Positions 14,436 through 28,602 of a DNA stretch of 64,000 bases are shown piece by piece. Position numbers and translations under genes: made by a program. The stretch comes from Eledone cirrhosa (lineage: Eukaryota). Positions within the stretch are counted from its first letter, which is position 1. Every line of letters begins with the position of its first letter. The stretch lies in contig CAXHJY010000542.1 in the NCBI GenBank assembly GCA_964016885.1, forward strand, positions 5,324 to 69,323. Reading direction: 5' to 3'. The notes below the pieces were generated by a model. The model did no database searches. It saw nothing but the letters and a program-made list of their open reading frames with translations, and was not told where the DNA came from.

Positions 14436-15961
14436 ATCTATCTATCTATCTATCTATATCCTGCCTGTCTGTCTGTCTGTCTGTCTGTCTGCCTGTCTGT
14501 CTGTCTGTCTACCCACCTATCCACCTACCCACCTACCTAGCTACCTACCTACCTACCTACCCACCCACCTACCTACCTACCTATTACCTACCTACCTACC
14601 CACCTACCCACCTACCTACCTACCTACCTACCTACCTACCTACCTACCTACCTACCCACCTACCCACCTACCTACCTATCTATCTATCTACCTCTATCTC
14701 TCTATCCATCTTCCTGAATATCTATCTCCGTGTCTCTTGTTTTTGTCCCTTAACTGTAAGAAGCATTACATACCTCTCCTACTCTCACACCTTACTAGCT
14801 CTCTACGGACGTTTATATTGATTAAATAAATACATAACAAATAAATAGATAGCTAGATACGTAGTCGAAACGCTTCATTGAGTACAGGACAACGGATACC
14901 AGTCTAATTGCACGGTCCAGTGAAATGAGGAGCTAACCGTTAGAACTGGTTCATACAGTGTACTGGCTTTCTGGCACTCAGTCAATAGCTCGATATAAGA
15001 TAATAAAAAAAAAGACTAGGTCAAGTGAGACTGATACACACATATACATAGACATATATATACATAAACATATATAGACATATATATACATAGACATATA
15101 TACATAGATACATAGACATATATATACATATATACATATATACATATATACATATACATAGACATATATACATAGACATATATATACATAGACATATATA
15201 TACATATATACATATATACATATATACATAGACATATATATATACATAGACATATACATAGACATATACATACATAGTCATATATATACATAGACATAAA
15301 TACATAGACATATATATACATAGACATATATATACATATATACATATATACATATATACATATATACATATACATATATATACATAGACATATACATAGA
15401 CATATACATACATAGACATATACATAGACATATATATACATAGACATATATATACATAGACATATATATACATATATACATATATACATATACATAGACA
15501 TATATATACATATATACATAGATACATATATACATAGATACATATATACATATACATATATATACATAGACATATACATAGACATATACATACATAGACA
15601 TAAATACATAGACATATACATATACATACATAGACATATACACATACATAGACATATACATACATAGACATATATATATACATAGACATATATACACATA
15701 CATACACATATACATACATAGACATATATATACATAGACATATATACACATACATAGACATATATATACATATACATAGACATATATATAGACATATATA
15801 TACATATATACATAGACATATATACATAGACATATATATACATAGACATATATATACATATACATATATAAATATACATAGACATATACATACATAGACA
15901 TATATATACATATACATATATATACATAGACATATATATACATAGACATATATATACATAA

Positions 15962-17340
15962 AAATACGTATTTAAGAAAGCCACAACAATGCAAAGGGAA
16001 ATCTCGAGGTAGGAAGTGAAATATAGATAGGAAAAACAGGTGAAAGTGAAAGTTGAGAGAGACAAAGATGAAAACAAAACAAAGGTAGAAGGGTTACCGT
16101 AGTAGAGATTTTAATCCCAATATTTCGGGCTCACGCCCATCAACGGGGGAAAAGTTCCAAAAGGGGGGAAAACAGGCCAAGCGGAGAAAGTGTTGTTGTC
16201 GTTAAGACAGGAATGCCGTTATGGGGAGAAAAATATTTAAAATTTAAACGAGGGAGAGAATGCGCGTGCGCGTGATAAGCTGTGGCAAAAGCTACTGACC
16301 AAATGGGTTAAATCAAGAGGGTGCGTTAGCGTGTGAAAGCCTTAAGATATGTGTATGTAAATATATATGTGTGTGTGACTGTGTGTGTATAGGTGTAAGT
16401 GTGTATATGTGTGAGTGTGTGTGTGTGTGAAAGATAGTGGGCTGTAGAAGTTAGAAATCAAAGGGTGTGAAAGGTGGTAGGTTGTAAAATATGTGTGCGT
16501 GTATAAATATAGAAGTGTGTGTGTGTAAGCGTATGGGTATACATGTGTGTGTGTAACTGTGTATGTATATGTGTGAGTGCGTTTGTGTGTGAAAGATAGT
16601 GGGCTGTAGAAGCTGGAAATCAAAGGGTGTGAAAGGTGGTAGGTTGTAAAAACATGTGTGCGTGTAAAATATAGAAGTGTGTGTGCATGCGTATGGGTAA
16701 GCATATACGTGCGTGTGTGTGAATATAACAGGCCGTAGGCTGTGAGTGGTCAATATGGTTAAATTAGCCATGTCAGCTCATTTCTCTCAGCCCGGTTGTT
16801 AAGTGGGGGTCTGAGGTTCTTAATAACAAGTGCTTCCTTTATCCTTAAGGATCCGATGTTGCGTTCAGTCGCTAGGACTGTGACCAAGGGTCTACCCTGT
16901 GGGTTTCCGCATTTGAGGATATGTTTACGGAAGGAAGATGCGTTGGTGTTGATATGTTCCTTGATACGAACATGTAGGGGTCGGATGGTGCTACCTATGT
17001 AAAACTTGTTACATTTATCGCATTGAATCTTATATACGACATAGGTGCGTAGGCAATCTGCCCCCCGTATCGGGCAGTTGCTGAGGGAACAAGTCCTATC
17101 TGCCTCGTAGGGTTTGTTGGAGAGGCATCTTCGCAGCGAAGGTCCTGTGTGGGCCAAATGTATGTCAAGTCCCTCCGTACGTATGGCCCTGCGGATGGCG
17201 TTCGTGGTACATTCACTCAGGTGGGGGATTTTAAAGAAGCACCTGCTAAAATTAAGTTTTCTAGTGGGTGTCGGTCTACTGGGTCTGGGGTCTCTAATTC
17301 CGTTAATCAGTCGCTTGGGATAACCATTAGATCTGAGTAG
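15962..17340 (-). mobile_element. 5'-truncated Penelope-like retroelement (RT thumb end, GIY-YIG endonuclease, 3' region)
   Basis: 16759-17340 encodes LLRSNGYPKRLI..KIPHL..CSLSNC..C..VVYKIQCDKCNKFYIGSTIRPLHVRIKEH..LRIKEALVIKNLRPPLNN: the PLE-type GIY-YIG with CxxC between the motifs, plus R, H, E and N residues. Flanked on both sides by the same (ATACATAGAC)-type repeat. Confidence 0.92.
16115..16150 (-). ncRNA. Degenerate minimal hammerhead-like motif 3' of Penelope-like ORF
   Basis: Minus strand reads tccc-CCGTTGA-tgggc(gtga)gccc-GAAA-ta-TT-ggga. Topology is intact but there are two core substitutions versus CUGANGA; same strand as the GIY-YIG ORF. Confidence 0.45.
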
Positions 17341-18880
17341 AGACATATACATAGACATATACATACATAGACATATACATAGACATATATATACATAGAC
17401 ATATATATACATAGACATATATATACATAGACATATATACATAGACATAGACATATATATATATACATAGACATATATAGACATATATATACATAGACAT
17501 ATATATACATATACATATATACACATACATAGACATATACATACATACATAGACATATATATACATAGACATATATACATATACATAGACATATACATAC
17601 ATAGACATATATACATATACATAGACATATACATACATAGACATATATATACATAGACATATATATACATAGACATATACATACATAGACATATATATAC
17701 ATACATACATATATATACATATATACATATACATATATATACATAGACATATACATAGACATATACATACATAGACATATACATAGACATATATATACAT
17801 AGACATATATATACATAGACATATATATACATAGACATATATACATAGACATAGACATATATATACATAGACATATATACATATACATAGACATATATAT
17901 ACATAGACATATATACATATACATATACATATACATAGACATATATATACATAGACATATACATACATATACATACATAGACATATATATACATAGACAT
18001 ATATACACATACATAGACATATACATACATAGACATATATATACATAGACATATATACATATAAATAGACATATACATACATAGACATATATATACATAG
18101 ACATATACATACATAGACATATATATACATAGACATATAGACACATACATAGACATATATACATACATAGACATATATATACATATACATATATACATAG
18201 ACATATACATACATAGACATATATATATATAGACATATATATACATAGACATATCTATACATAGACATATATATATAGACATATATACATATACATAGAC
18301 ATACATAGACATATACATAGACATACATAGACATATATATACATACACACATATACATAGACATATATATACATAGACATATATATACATACATAGACAT
18401 ATATATACATACAGAGACATATATATACATAGACATATACATACATATACATAGACATACATAGACATATATATACATGGACATAGACATATACATATAC
18501 ATATATATACATACATAGACATATATACATATACATATATACATATACATATATACATATACATAGACATATACATACATAGACATATATACACATACAT
18601 AGACATATACATACATAAACATATATATACATACAGAGACATATATATATATACATAGACAGATAACCACATACGTAGACATATATATACATAGACATAT
18701 ATACACACATACATAGACAGATACGCACATAGACATATACACACATACATAGACATATATATACATAGACATATACATACAGAGACATACATATACATAC
18801 ATAGACATATATACACACATACATAGACATATATACACAAACATAGACACACAAACATAGATATACATACATAGACATAC
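17341..18880. repeat. (ATACATAGAC)-type compound microsatellite (continues at 15035-15960)
   Basis: Same motif class on both sides of the Penelope-like insertion. Confidence 0.93.
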
Positions 18881-19489
18881 ACTTACACAGTTATAGCCAT
18901 ACACATACACATAAACATAGATATGCATACACGCACACAAAAACAAACACACACACACACAAAATCGCAGACACACGCTCACATACACACACACATACAC
19001 ACACCGACACAGACTCACACACAAAAACAAACACACACACACACACACAATCACATACACACACACACACACAATCACAGACACACGCTCACATACACAC
19101 ACACATACACACACCGACACAGACACACACACAAAAACAAACAAACACAGACACACACACACAAAAACAAACACACACACACACACACAATCACAGACAC
19201 ACACACACACAATCACAGACATACGCTCACATACACACACACATACACACACCGACACAGACACACACACAAAAACAAACAAACACAGACACACACACAC
19301 AAAAACAAACACACACACACACACACAATCACAGACACACACTCACACACACAGACACACACACACACATACACACACAGACACACGCACAAAATCAGAC
19401 GTCCCCTCTCCCCCCCATTCTGTCATCCTGGCGTCTACAGAATTTGTTAATGTTTATAACATCAGTAACATCAAGGAAGCCTCATTTAT

Positions 19490-19582
<93 letters not shown>

Positions 19583-19737
19583 GGTTGCTTGTCTGTCTAG
19601 TAATCTACACTCACACATTCATATATATATATACATATATATATAAACATACTTTTAAACAAACAAGTTCATTGATCAAGTATATTCTACTAAAACCAAC
19701 CTTGGATTGACCAATAAGCAGCAGTAACTCGTTGTGA

Positions 19738-19808
<71 letters not shown>

Positions 19809-19936
19809 AAAGTTATATTTAAATTGTTGGGTTAACAACGAGTAAATATTTATAACTGATATAAAAGCACTCAACAAGTATTTGGAGTATATTTATGATA
19901 TTAAATAAATGGAAACTATATTTATAAAACCATATT

Positions 19937-20002
19937 TATTTCGTTATATATATTTCAGGGATATCATATTAACAATATGTTATGCCTTCTTCAGACAAAA
20001 TA
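19937..20002 (-). ncRNA. Type I hammerhead ribozyme, paralog of 38631-38696
   Basis: Minus strand reads tattttgt-CTGAAGA-agg..cct-GAAA-tatata-TA-acgaaata. Differences from the 38.6 kb copy include the free N7 position and a G-U to G-C change in stem I, both structure-preserving. Confidence 0.75.
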
Positions 20003-20120
20003 CAATATATTAATAGATTTGGCAAATCAACCTCCCAAATGCAAGGTGATTGAAAGGTATGTCGTATCTATTTATTTATTTATAAGACTGTTTATATTGT
20101 ATTTTGTCTGAAGAAGGCAT

Positions 20121-20158
<38 letters not shown>

Positions 20159-20252
20159 CATTTTGCCGTTCATCCTTACGGGGTCGATAAAATAAAGTAC
20201 CAGTAATGCACTGGGTAATTGCTGGCCTTGTGCCTAAAGTAGAAACAATTAT

Positions 20253-20302
<50 letters not shown>

Positions 20303-20433
20303 TGTAAAATAACGATTGCGGCGACAAGCGGTTTCGGTTTTTGTGATTTTACATATCTCTATACCCTCTCTGCATCTCCTCTTGTATTAAGTACTCCCAC
20401 AATTAGATGTCTCCTCGCTCTCAACCCCCACAG

Positions 20434-20489
<56 letters not shown>

Positions 20490-21685
20490 CCTAGGGCGGG
20501 TAAAATTCCCGAAATCCATGGACGAGTTCTCTCCAGCGATCTCTGTCCCTCATTATCGCTGCCATGTCCTGCGTCTCCCAGAGACCAGTGTCTGTACTTA
20601 GGGCATCAACATATGTCAATCACGGTCTCCCTCATCCACTGTGTCCGTGCAGGGGCTCCCACAGGAGCACTGAGTGCAGTGTCAACTCTGGATGTCGTTG
20701 AGCATGTCCAGCCAACCCCAGTCTCCTCTGTGTCACTTTTGAGCCGACCTTTGGGAGGCTCCCATACAGCTCTGAGTTTTTCATCCTCAGTGTATACTGA
20801 TTAATGTTCAGAGCCATCCTCAGCATTCTCGTGTAGCACCCATGCACCATCTGAGTGAGTTTCTTGGTCAGTGTCCAAGTCTCAGACCCGTACAGCAGCA
20901 CAGACTCCACTGCAGCAACGAAGAGACGGATCTTCAGGTCGTTACGAAGGTCCGACTTCCACACCAATCTCAAACTGTGGCTCAGGCTTTGCTGTTTCTC
21001 TCAATCACATCATCCTCTGTGTTTCCAATCTTTGCTCCCAGATACAGGAAGTCCTCAACCAATTCTACCGGCTTCCCGCCTACATTCATAATCTTCTCTG
21101 GCTTCTTGATATTCTGTACCAGATACTTCGTCTTAATCTCATTCATTCTCAGCCCCACACTCATCGACACAGTCTCCACCTCTTGCATCAACACCTGCGC
21201 CTCCTTCATTGTGTTTGTCACCAGAACTATGTCTTCAGCAAATTCAGCATCTCATCTTTTTCGCCTTAACTATCCTGCTCTGAGGCAGTGCTACAGTAAA
21301 GCCAGAGTCCTGGTGTTTCTCCAGCGCAAGGCGCATACACTAGTCCACTGCGATGATAAAAAAGTAGTGAGCCAATGTATCTCCCTGGAGCACTCCAGCC
21401 AATATCTCAAAGAACTCTGTCATCCCGTCAGGTGTAATGACTTGGGCTTTGGTGTTGATGTAGAGCAGTGATATCAGGTCCACTATCTTCTTGGGGATTC
21501 CATAAGCCTGTAAGATCTTCATCAGGCAGTGACGGTCCACAGAATCAAAGGCCTTCCTAAAGTCAATGAAAATCATGACAGCAGGAAGGCTCTATCTCCA
21601 TCTAATATCCCCCTCAGCATCTGGAATTGACTGGTGGTTGATCTTCCATCTCTGAAGCCGTTCTGGTTGTCCCTGAGCCTCTTCT
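20490..21685 (-). mobile_element. RTE-like LINE reverse transcriptase fragment, frameshifted
   Basis: IFIDFRKAFDSVDR..GVLQGDTLA (RT motifs), VGLRMNEIKTK..VEDFLYLGA, KIRLFVAAVESVLLYGSETWTLT..LAGHAQR, split over several frames. Confidence 0.88.
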
Positions 21686-22308
21686 TCCAGCAACTATGTT
21701 GAAAAATAAGCCTCATTTGGTCATTCCATAAGAGTATCATGGTCAGCCTATGAAGGAGTGATGCTAGAGCTGTGAAATTTTGCTTGTATTAATTTCAACT
21801 CTTCTTATTAATAACTGCATTGTTTCTTACCAGCGACTATGTTGAAATATGAACCTCATTTGGTCATTCCATCTTGGTCAGCCTATGAACTTTTCACTCT
21901 ATCATCTTTTCAACCGACCCTCGTTTATCAATTTATTTTTAACATTTTTTTTTTTTTTTACTGAAACAAAACATCAGTTTTATTTATTGGTCCAAGAGCA
22001 GATTTTTGTGTGTCTTCAGTAGAGTGAGTTAAATAGCCTCTAGGAGATATTGGTTATTTAATTAACCTTGGCGGTATACCAGCTTAGAAGAGAGCGCCAT
22101 GACATTAAATGTTATAAGGCGTAATGTCTGCTGTTCCAAACATTTATGTCATTCTGTTGACCTAGCCCGATCGAGATAAATGTTAAGAAAATTTTCCTCC
22201 TCCACATACAAACACGCACACACGCATGCAGAGGAACGCACACACACACACGCACAGTAACACACACACGCACAGGAACACATACACACACACACACACA
22301 TATATATA

Positions 22309-22406
22309 CAGGTAAAATTCCGTTATAACGAATACCCTTATAACGAATTTTTCGTTAAAAAGAATTTTTTATAGCCCCTGAATTTCGTTATAACGGAATG
22401 TCACTG
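22309..22406. mobile_element. Tc1/mariner-pogo-type MITE
   Basis: Imperfect TIRs CAGgtaaaattccgttataacgaa / ttcgttataacggaatgtcaCTG; TA on the left flank. Confidence 0.6.
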
Positions 22407-22408
22407 TG

Positions 22409-22439
<31 letters not shown>

Positions 22440-22495
22440 GCGTTCGAATCTAGTTGTCGAAACGGCCGGAGCTCAGCTGTCGGGGCCCTGACTCT

Positions 22496-22531
<36 letters not shown>

Positions 22532-22722
22532 TCTCTATTTCTCTCTTCCTCTATCTATCTATCTTTCTATCTATCTTTCTATCTATCTATCTGTTTGTCT
22601 GACTCTCCCCCTCTCTATTGCTCTGAGTGAACATACATATATAGATATATAGATATAGACACATACACAAGTATACAAATATAGATATATGCATACATAC
22701 TTATATACAACGTACATCCATG

Positions 22723-22818
<96 letters not shown>

Positions 22819-23299
22819 TTATACTCGGGGAGCGTCATATTGTTATAATATTGCCAGAAATAATAATAAAACACACTCACTGTTTGGTTTGGGTTGGTTT
22901 TCGCTTCTGTATCTTTTATATCTCCATAGTTAATTTAATTGGCAATCAATGTTTATCATAAATATAAATATAAATGTAAACATAAATAAATAAATATATA
23001 TATACACACAAGTACAATAACAACAAACACATATAAACAGACACTAGTGAACAAAAATAGAATACAAAAACAAAAACACATACACTGAAACGCAAACACA
23101 CACACACCAAACATTAAACACACACGCAAACGCATGCGCAGAGACAGAGGCAAGAATAAATGAATAAATAAATAAAATAAAAATGGCGTAGGCTTTAAAA
23201 TACAACGAGAGGAAACATAATAGTACCACTTATGATGTCGCAGATGTGTGAGGAAAGAACTTTGATAGACTATATATATATATATATATATATTTATAT

Positions 23300-23509
23300 C
23301 TGTATTTTTAACCGTTGGTCACTCAATGATAAACATTCATAGCCAAATAAATTAACTATGGAGATATAAAAGATACAGAAGCGAAAACCAACCAAACAGT
23401 GTGTGTGTTCTGTTATTATTTCTGGCAATATTATTATAACAATATGACCCTCCCCAAGTATAACAATATTTGTTTCGACACACGATTTCATATAAAAAAC
23501 CTTGCAAAC

Positions 23510-23512
<3 letters not shown>
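23300..23512 (-). mobile_element. (TA)n-embedded dispersed repeat family
   Basis: Motif ttggggagggtcatattgttataatattgccagaaataataac recurs at about 1862-2020, 22817-22935, 60692-60940 and 61220-61440, always next to (TA)n. Confidence 0.65.
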
Positions 23513-23559
<47 letters not shown>

Positions 23560-23578
23560 ATAAATATATATAAATATG

Positions 23579-23633
<55 letters not shown>

Positions 23634-23651
23634 ATAAATATATATAAATAT

Positions 23652-23721
<70 letters not shown>

Positions 23722-24255
23722 ATATATATATATATATATTTAATATATATATATATATTTAATATATATATATATATATTTAATATATATATATATATAT
23801 TTAATATATATATATATATATATATCTAATATATATCAATATATATAAATATATATTGATATATATATATAAATATATATTGATATATATATATAAATAT
23901 ATATTGATATATATATATAAATATATATTATTATATATATCAATATATATATTGATATATATATCAATATATATCAATATATATATATTGATATATATAT
24001 ATATATCAATATATATATTGATATATATATCAATATATATCAATATATATATATTGATATATATATATATATCAATATTTATATTGATATATATATATAT
24101 ATCAATATATATCAATATATATATATTGATATATATATATATATATATATATCAATATTTATATTGATATATATATATATATCAATATATATATATATTG
24201 ATATATATATATATATATAATCAATATATATATTTAATATATATAAATATATATA

Positions 24256-24325
<70 letters not shown>

Positions 24326-24534
24326 CAAATTAAAGTTTAAGCAAAGAATCGCTGCTTTCACCGTTAACGGGATCTTCTGAAACTAAAAAAATCAATCTGT
24401 GAACGCGGAATATCAGATATTGAGTTAGAAACTCAAAATAGTCTCTTACAATTAAATAGTTCGAAGAAAGAAGTTTTTCCGAGCCGTGTAATATAATTGA
24501 ATATAGAAGAAGACTGAATTGTCACACAATCTTT

Positions 24535-24609
24535 AACACCTACTGATGAGCAGAAAGTTGGTGATACCTTAATAATTTTGCGAACAGTTCATATAACTGT
24601 CTATGTGTT
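24535..24609 (+). ncRNA. Hammerhead ribozyme, one core A missing (probably inactive)
   Basis: aacaccta-CTGATGA-gcagaa..ttttgc-GA-Acagtt(catat)aactgT-C-tatgtgtt. All three stems present but GAA instead of GAAA. Confidence 0.65.
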
Positions 24610-24851
24610 TCAAGTAGTTGCCTAATATAGGTTTGTTCTTCTTTTTCTTGATTTATTACTTTAAATTAAGTCTGGCAAACCATATTGTTATAGTTAGTAT
24701 TTATTTCACCCTAGTGAACCTGGTCCTTTACAATTCGAACACATGTATATTTATATTTGTGTTTATCTCTCTTGTATATTCAATTATATATATACATAAA
24801 TGTAATAAATATATATATATATATATAAATATGTAATATATATATATATAT

Positions 24852-24970
24852 ATAGGAAAAGTAAGACCCCCGACAGCAGAGCTCAAGCTGTTTCGACGGC
24901 TATTTCTGGAGTCCAGAAATAGCCGTCGAAACGGCTTGAACTCTGCCGTCGGGGCCTTATTTTTTCCTAT
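24852..24970. repeat. Imperfect palindrome, same family as 51150-51283
   Basis: Centre tctgga-g-tccaga at 24911; the flank 24970-25042 is the reverse complement of about 51075-51150. Confidence 0.9.
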
Positions 24971-25044
24971 TTCCCACTCTACTACCCTAAGTATTGAGTA
25001 CTCTGGTGCGTTATGGTCCATCTGGTTCCTTACCACAATTCCTT

Positions 25045-25108
<64 letters not shown>

Positions 25109-25253
25109 AAAGTCTAAAGTCTGTCTTGAGCCAGAAGGCTCATTTGGCCAGTGCTTATCCCGGTTTCATAGCGTGAAGCGACTGAGAGTACAAGGCTCCC
25201 CCCCTGGACAGGATGCCAGTCCATCGCAGGGTTAAACCTCCAGCTATTGCTGG

Positions 25254-25290
<37 letters not shown>

Positions 25291-25742
25291 CACGCACACA
25301 CAAACAAATGTACGCATACAAACACACGTTCCTATCGTGTGAGTGTGTGTGTGTGTGTATGGAAGTGTATGTGTGTCAGTGTAAGTGTACACCCGTTCAT
25401 TATCTATAGGGCAGTATCGGTAGAGGGTCGGACGCCATGCTTTCCAGCATAGTTACGTCCCTTTACGATCTGAGTTCAAATCCCGCCCGCCGAGGTTGAC
25501 TTTGCCATACATCCTTACGGGGTCGATAAAATAAACTACCAGTAATGCACTGGGTATTTGCTGGCCTTGTGCCTAAAGTAGAAACAATTATCTATAGATA
25601 CTTCATAATTGGCAAACCAGCTCCGTATTTGTGCAACCACATGTATGTCTAGTCTCTAGCTAAATATAATCCGTATGTGTAAATATTGGATCGGCCAGAA
25701 CAATTGGCCAAATTATCCAAATCCTCAATATATAATCTATGT

Positions 25743-25838
25743 TGATCCTCTTAGCTGAAATTATAATGAGAAAGTTAAAACACACATCATACACTACTAC
25801 AACACACACACACAGAATTCTCTCCAGGTAATTACAAG

Positions 25839-25880
<42 letters not shown>

Positions 25881-25892
25881 CACGGGCGTGTG

Positions 25893-25947
<55 letters not shown>

Positions 25948-26239
25948 ATATGTATGTATATATATATGTATGTATATATATATGTATATATATATATATG
26001 TATATATATATGTATATATATATATGTATGTATATATATATGTATGTATATATGTATATATGTATGTATATATATATGTATGTATATATGTATGTATATG
26101 TATATGTATATATGTATGTATATATATATGTATACATACATACATATATACATATATACATACATATATACATATATACATACATATATACATATATATA
26201 TATTTATATATATATATATATATATATACATACACACGC

Positions 26240-26304
<65 letters not shown>

Positions 26305-26400
26305 CTTGTAATTACCTGGAGAGACTTCTGTGTGTGTGTGTTGTAGTAGTGTATGATGTGTGTTTTAACTTTCTCATTATAATTTCAGCTAAGAGGATCA
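25743..26400. repeat. Inverted repeat enclosing a microsatellite
   Basis: tgatcctcttagctgaaattataatgagaaag..caagcgcgcgcac at 25743-25890 is mirrored at 26230-26400, around (TA/TATG)n. Confidence 0.9.
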
Positions 26401-26811
26401 AGGGAGAGATGACCCCTTAGCCTTTGTCAAGGCAGAATTCTAGGAGAAGGAAAACTCTGATATAACACCTGCAACCCTGATGGTATCCAATGATGTTGAC
26501 TTGTTCTTCTTTTTGGTAAATATCATCTTGGTTAAGAGAGTGGGACTGGCTTTGTGCAGTGCCTTTGCTCACTATAAAAGCTTCACGGCACAGGCATTGC
26601 TTTATATCTGGAGATCTCTCTGCACTTGTCATCACATGGTACCATGGGCCCAGCACTATGTGTCAATAATTGTCACAAGTGTAGTGTTTGTACCAGAGTT
26701 TTCAAGTCGCTGGCTGGACTAAAAAGTCACACTCGTTCAGCGCATCAGTAGGGGTTCTCCTACATGGATATAAAGTAGTGGCCGTACTCGAAAACGAGTT
26801 GGCAGCCACCA
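26401..26811 (+). mobile_element. Same family, 5'-truncated copy
   Basis: Reverse complement of 32074-32484. Confidence 0.78.
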
Positions 26812-27710
26812 TACATGTATGTATATATATATGTATGTATATATGTATATATATATGTATGTATATATGTATGTATATATGTATGTATATATGTATGTAT
26901 ATATATATGTATGTATATAAATGAATATATATATATGTATGTATATAAATGAATATATATATATGTATGTATATATGTATGTATATAAATGAATATATAT
27001 ATATATGTATGTATATATATATGTATGTATATAAATGAATATATATATATATATGTATGTATATATATATGTATGTATGTATATAAATGAATATATATAT
27101 GTATGTATATAAATGAATATATATATATGTATATATATATGTATGTATATAAATGAATATATATATATGTATGTATATATATATGTATATATATATATAT
27201 ATATGTATATATATGTATATATATATGTATATATATATATATGTATGTATATATATATATGTATATATATATATATGGGGGCCTGATAGGATTTCCAGAT
27301 ATAAGGTATGACTCTCTTTATTATTATTATTTTTTATCTGAAATACTGATTGATCTTCCTTGTACCCCATGTCTGATTTAGCCTTAGACAATGTATATGG
27401 GTGATCCATACATGTATTTATTATGTTTTAATATCTCTATGTGTGCATTGGTTGTGTATACATATAGTTATTCTTTTAATATCCAATTGAGTTCTTATAC
27501 ACGTGGTTAATACCTAACAGGTTTAAATGACCAGCGTGTATATTGTTTTATTTTAAGATGACCTCCCTTTACCCTTTTGGGGACAGCGTGTATTTTATCT
27601 TTGAGAGGACTGCTGGATTTTCTAATCTACCAGTCTCTTCTTAGCGCTGAGGGAGACCATCACCATTCTATTAATGTCGATATAATTCTTATATCGATAT
27701 TATTTGGGCA

Positions 27711-27834
27711 TCCACTGATGAGTTTATAAGAGCCCGCTTGTGTATAAAACTATGGATTATATACAAGTTTCTACATAACCTGGAAATTATTTATCCAAAA
27801 TTGTAGAAATCTTATAACGAAACGGCCGTCTGGA
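27711..27834 (+). ncRNA. Type I hammerhead ribozyme with extended, branched stem II
   Basis: Stem I tcca/tgga; CTGATGA 27715-27721; stem II closed by gtttataaga/tcttataac; GAAA 27819-27822; palindromic stem III ACGGCCGT; GUC cleavage triplet ending 27830. Confidence 0.8.
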
Positions 27835-28015
27835 AGGAAAGAGATATTTATTTAATAATGTCTCATAAAATAATACAACCAGCTATCCACGAAATACTCA
27901 TTAGTTAGCACCCCAAACACTAAATTGGGATAATACTTAGGTATATCCTAATGTTTGTTGAGTGAGATGGAGTTGGTCGGAGTATCGCTTAAGGCTTTCT
28001 CTGTTTATGTATTGA

Positions 28016-28063
<48 letters not shown>

Positions 28064-28072
28064 TTGTATATA

Positions 28073-28173
<101 letters not shown>

Positions 28174-28258
28174 AGATAGAGGGAGAGAGAATAGAATGAA
28201 ACGAAATTTCATTTCTCACTCTTAGTACGGCACTTACTTAAATGTAAGTATGTATGAA

Positions 28259-28553
28259 TGTATACGTACATACATATATGTATACAGACGTACAGTAGTA
28301 TGTATATATATACATACATGCACACACATATATATATATGCACGTATCGGTTTACCGAACATTTATTATAATGCTCGGTTTGTTTGTTTGTAAACACTGT
28401 ACGGCGTAATTCGGGCTGTTTGTTTGTTTACAAACAAACAGACTGAGCATTATAATAAATGTTCGGTAAACCGATACGTGCATATATATATGTGTGCATG
28501 TATGTATATATATACATACTACTGTACGTCTGTATACATATATGTATGTACGT

Positions 28554-28560
<7 letters not shown>
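28259..28560. repeat. Inverted repeat with short spacer
   Basis: Arms about 28259-28396 and 28425-28560 (cacgtatcggtttaccgaacatttattataatgctc and its reverse complement). Confidence 0.9.

Positions 28561-28602
<42 letters not shown>

Noticed and set aside
16759-18882. 707-aa ORF as a full protein
   Set aside because: Only 16759-17340 is real PLE coding sequence; the rest is microsatellite that happens to be in frame.
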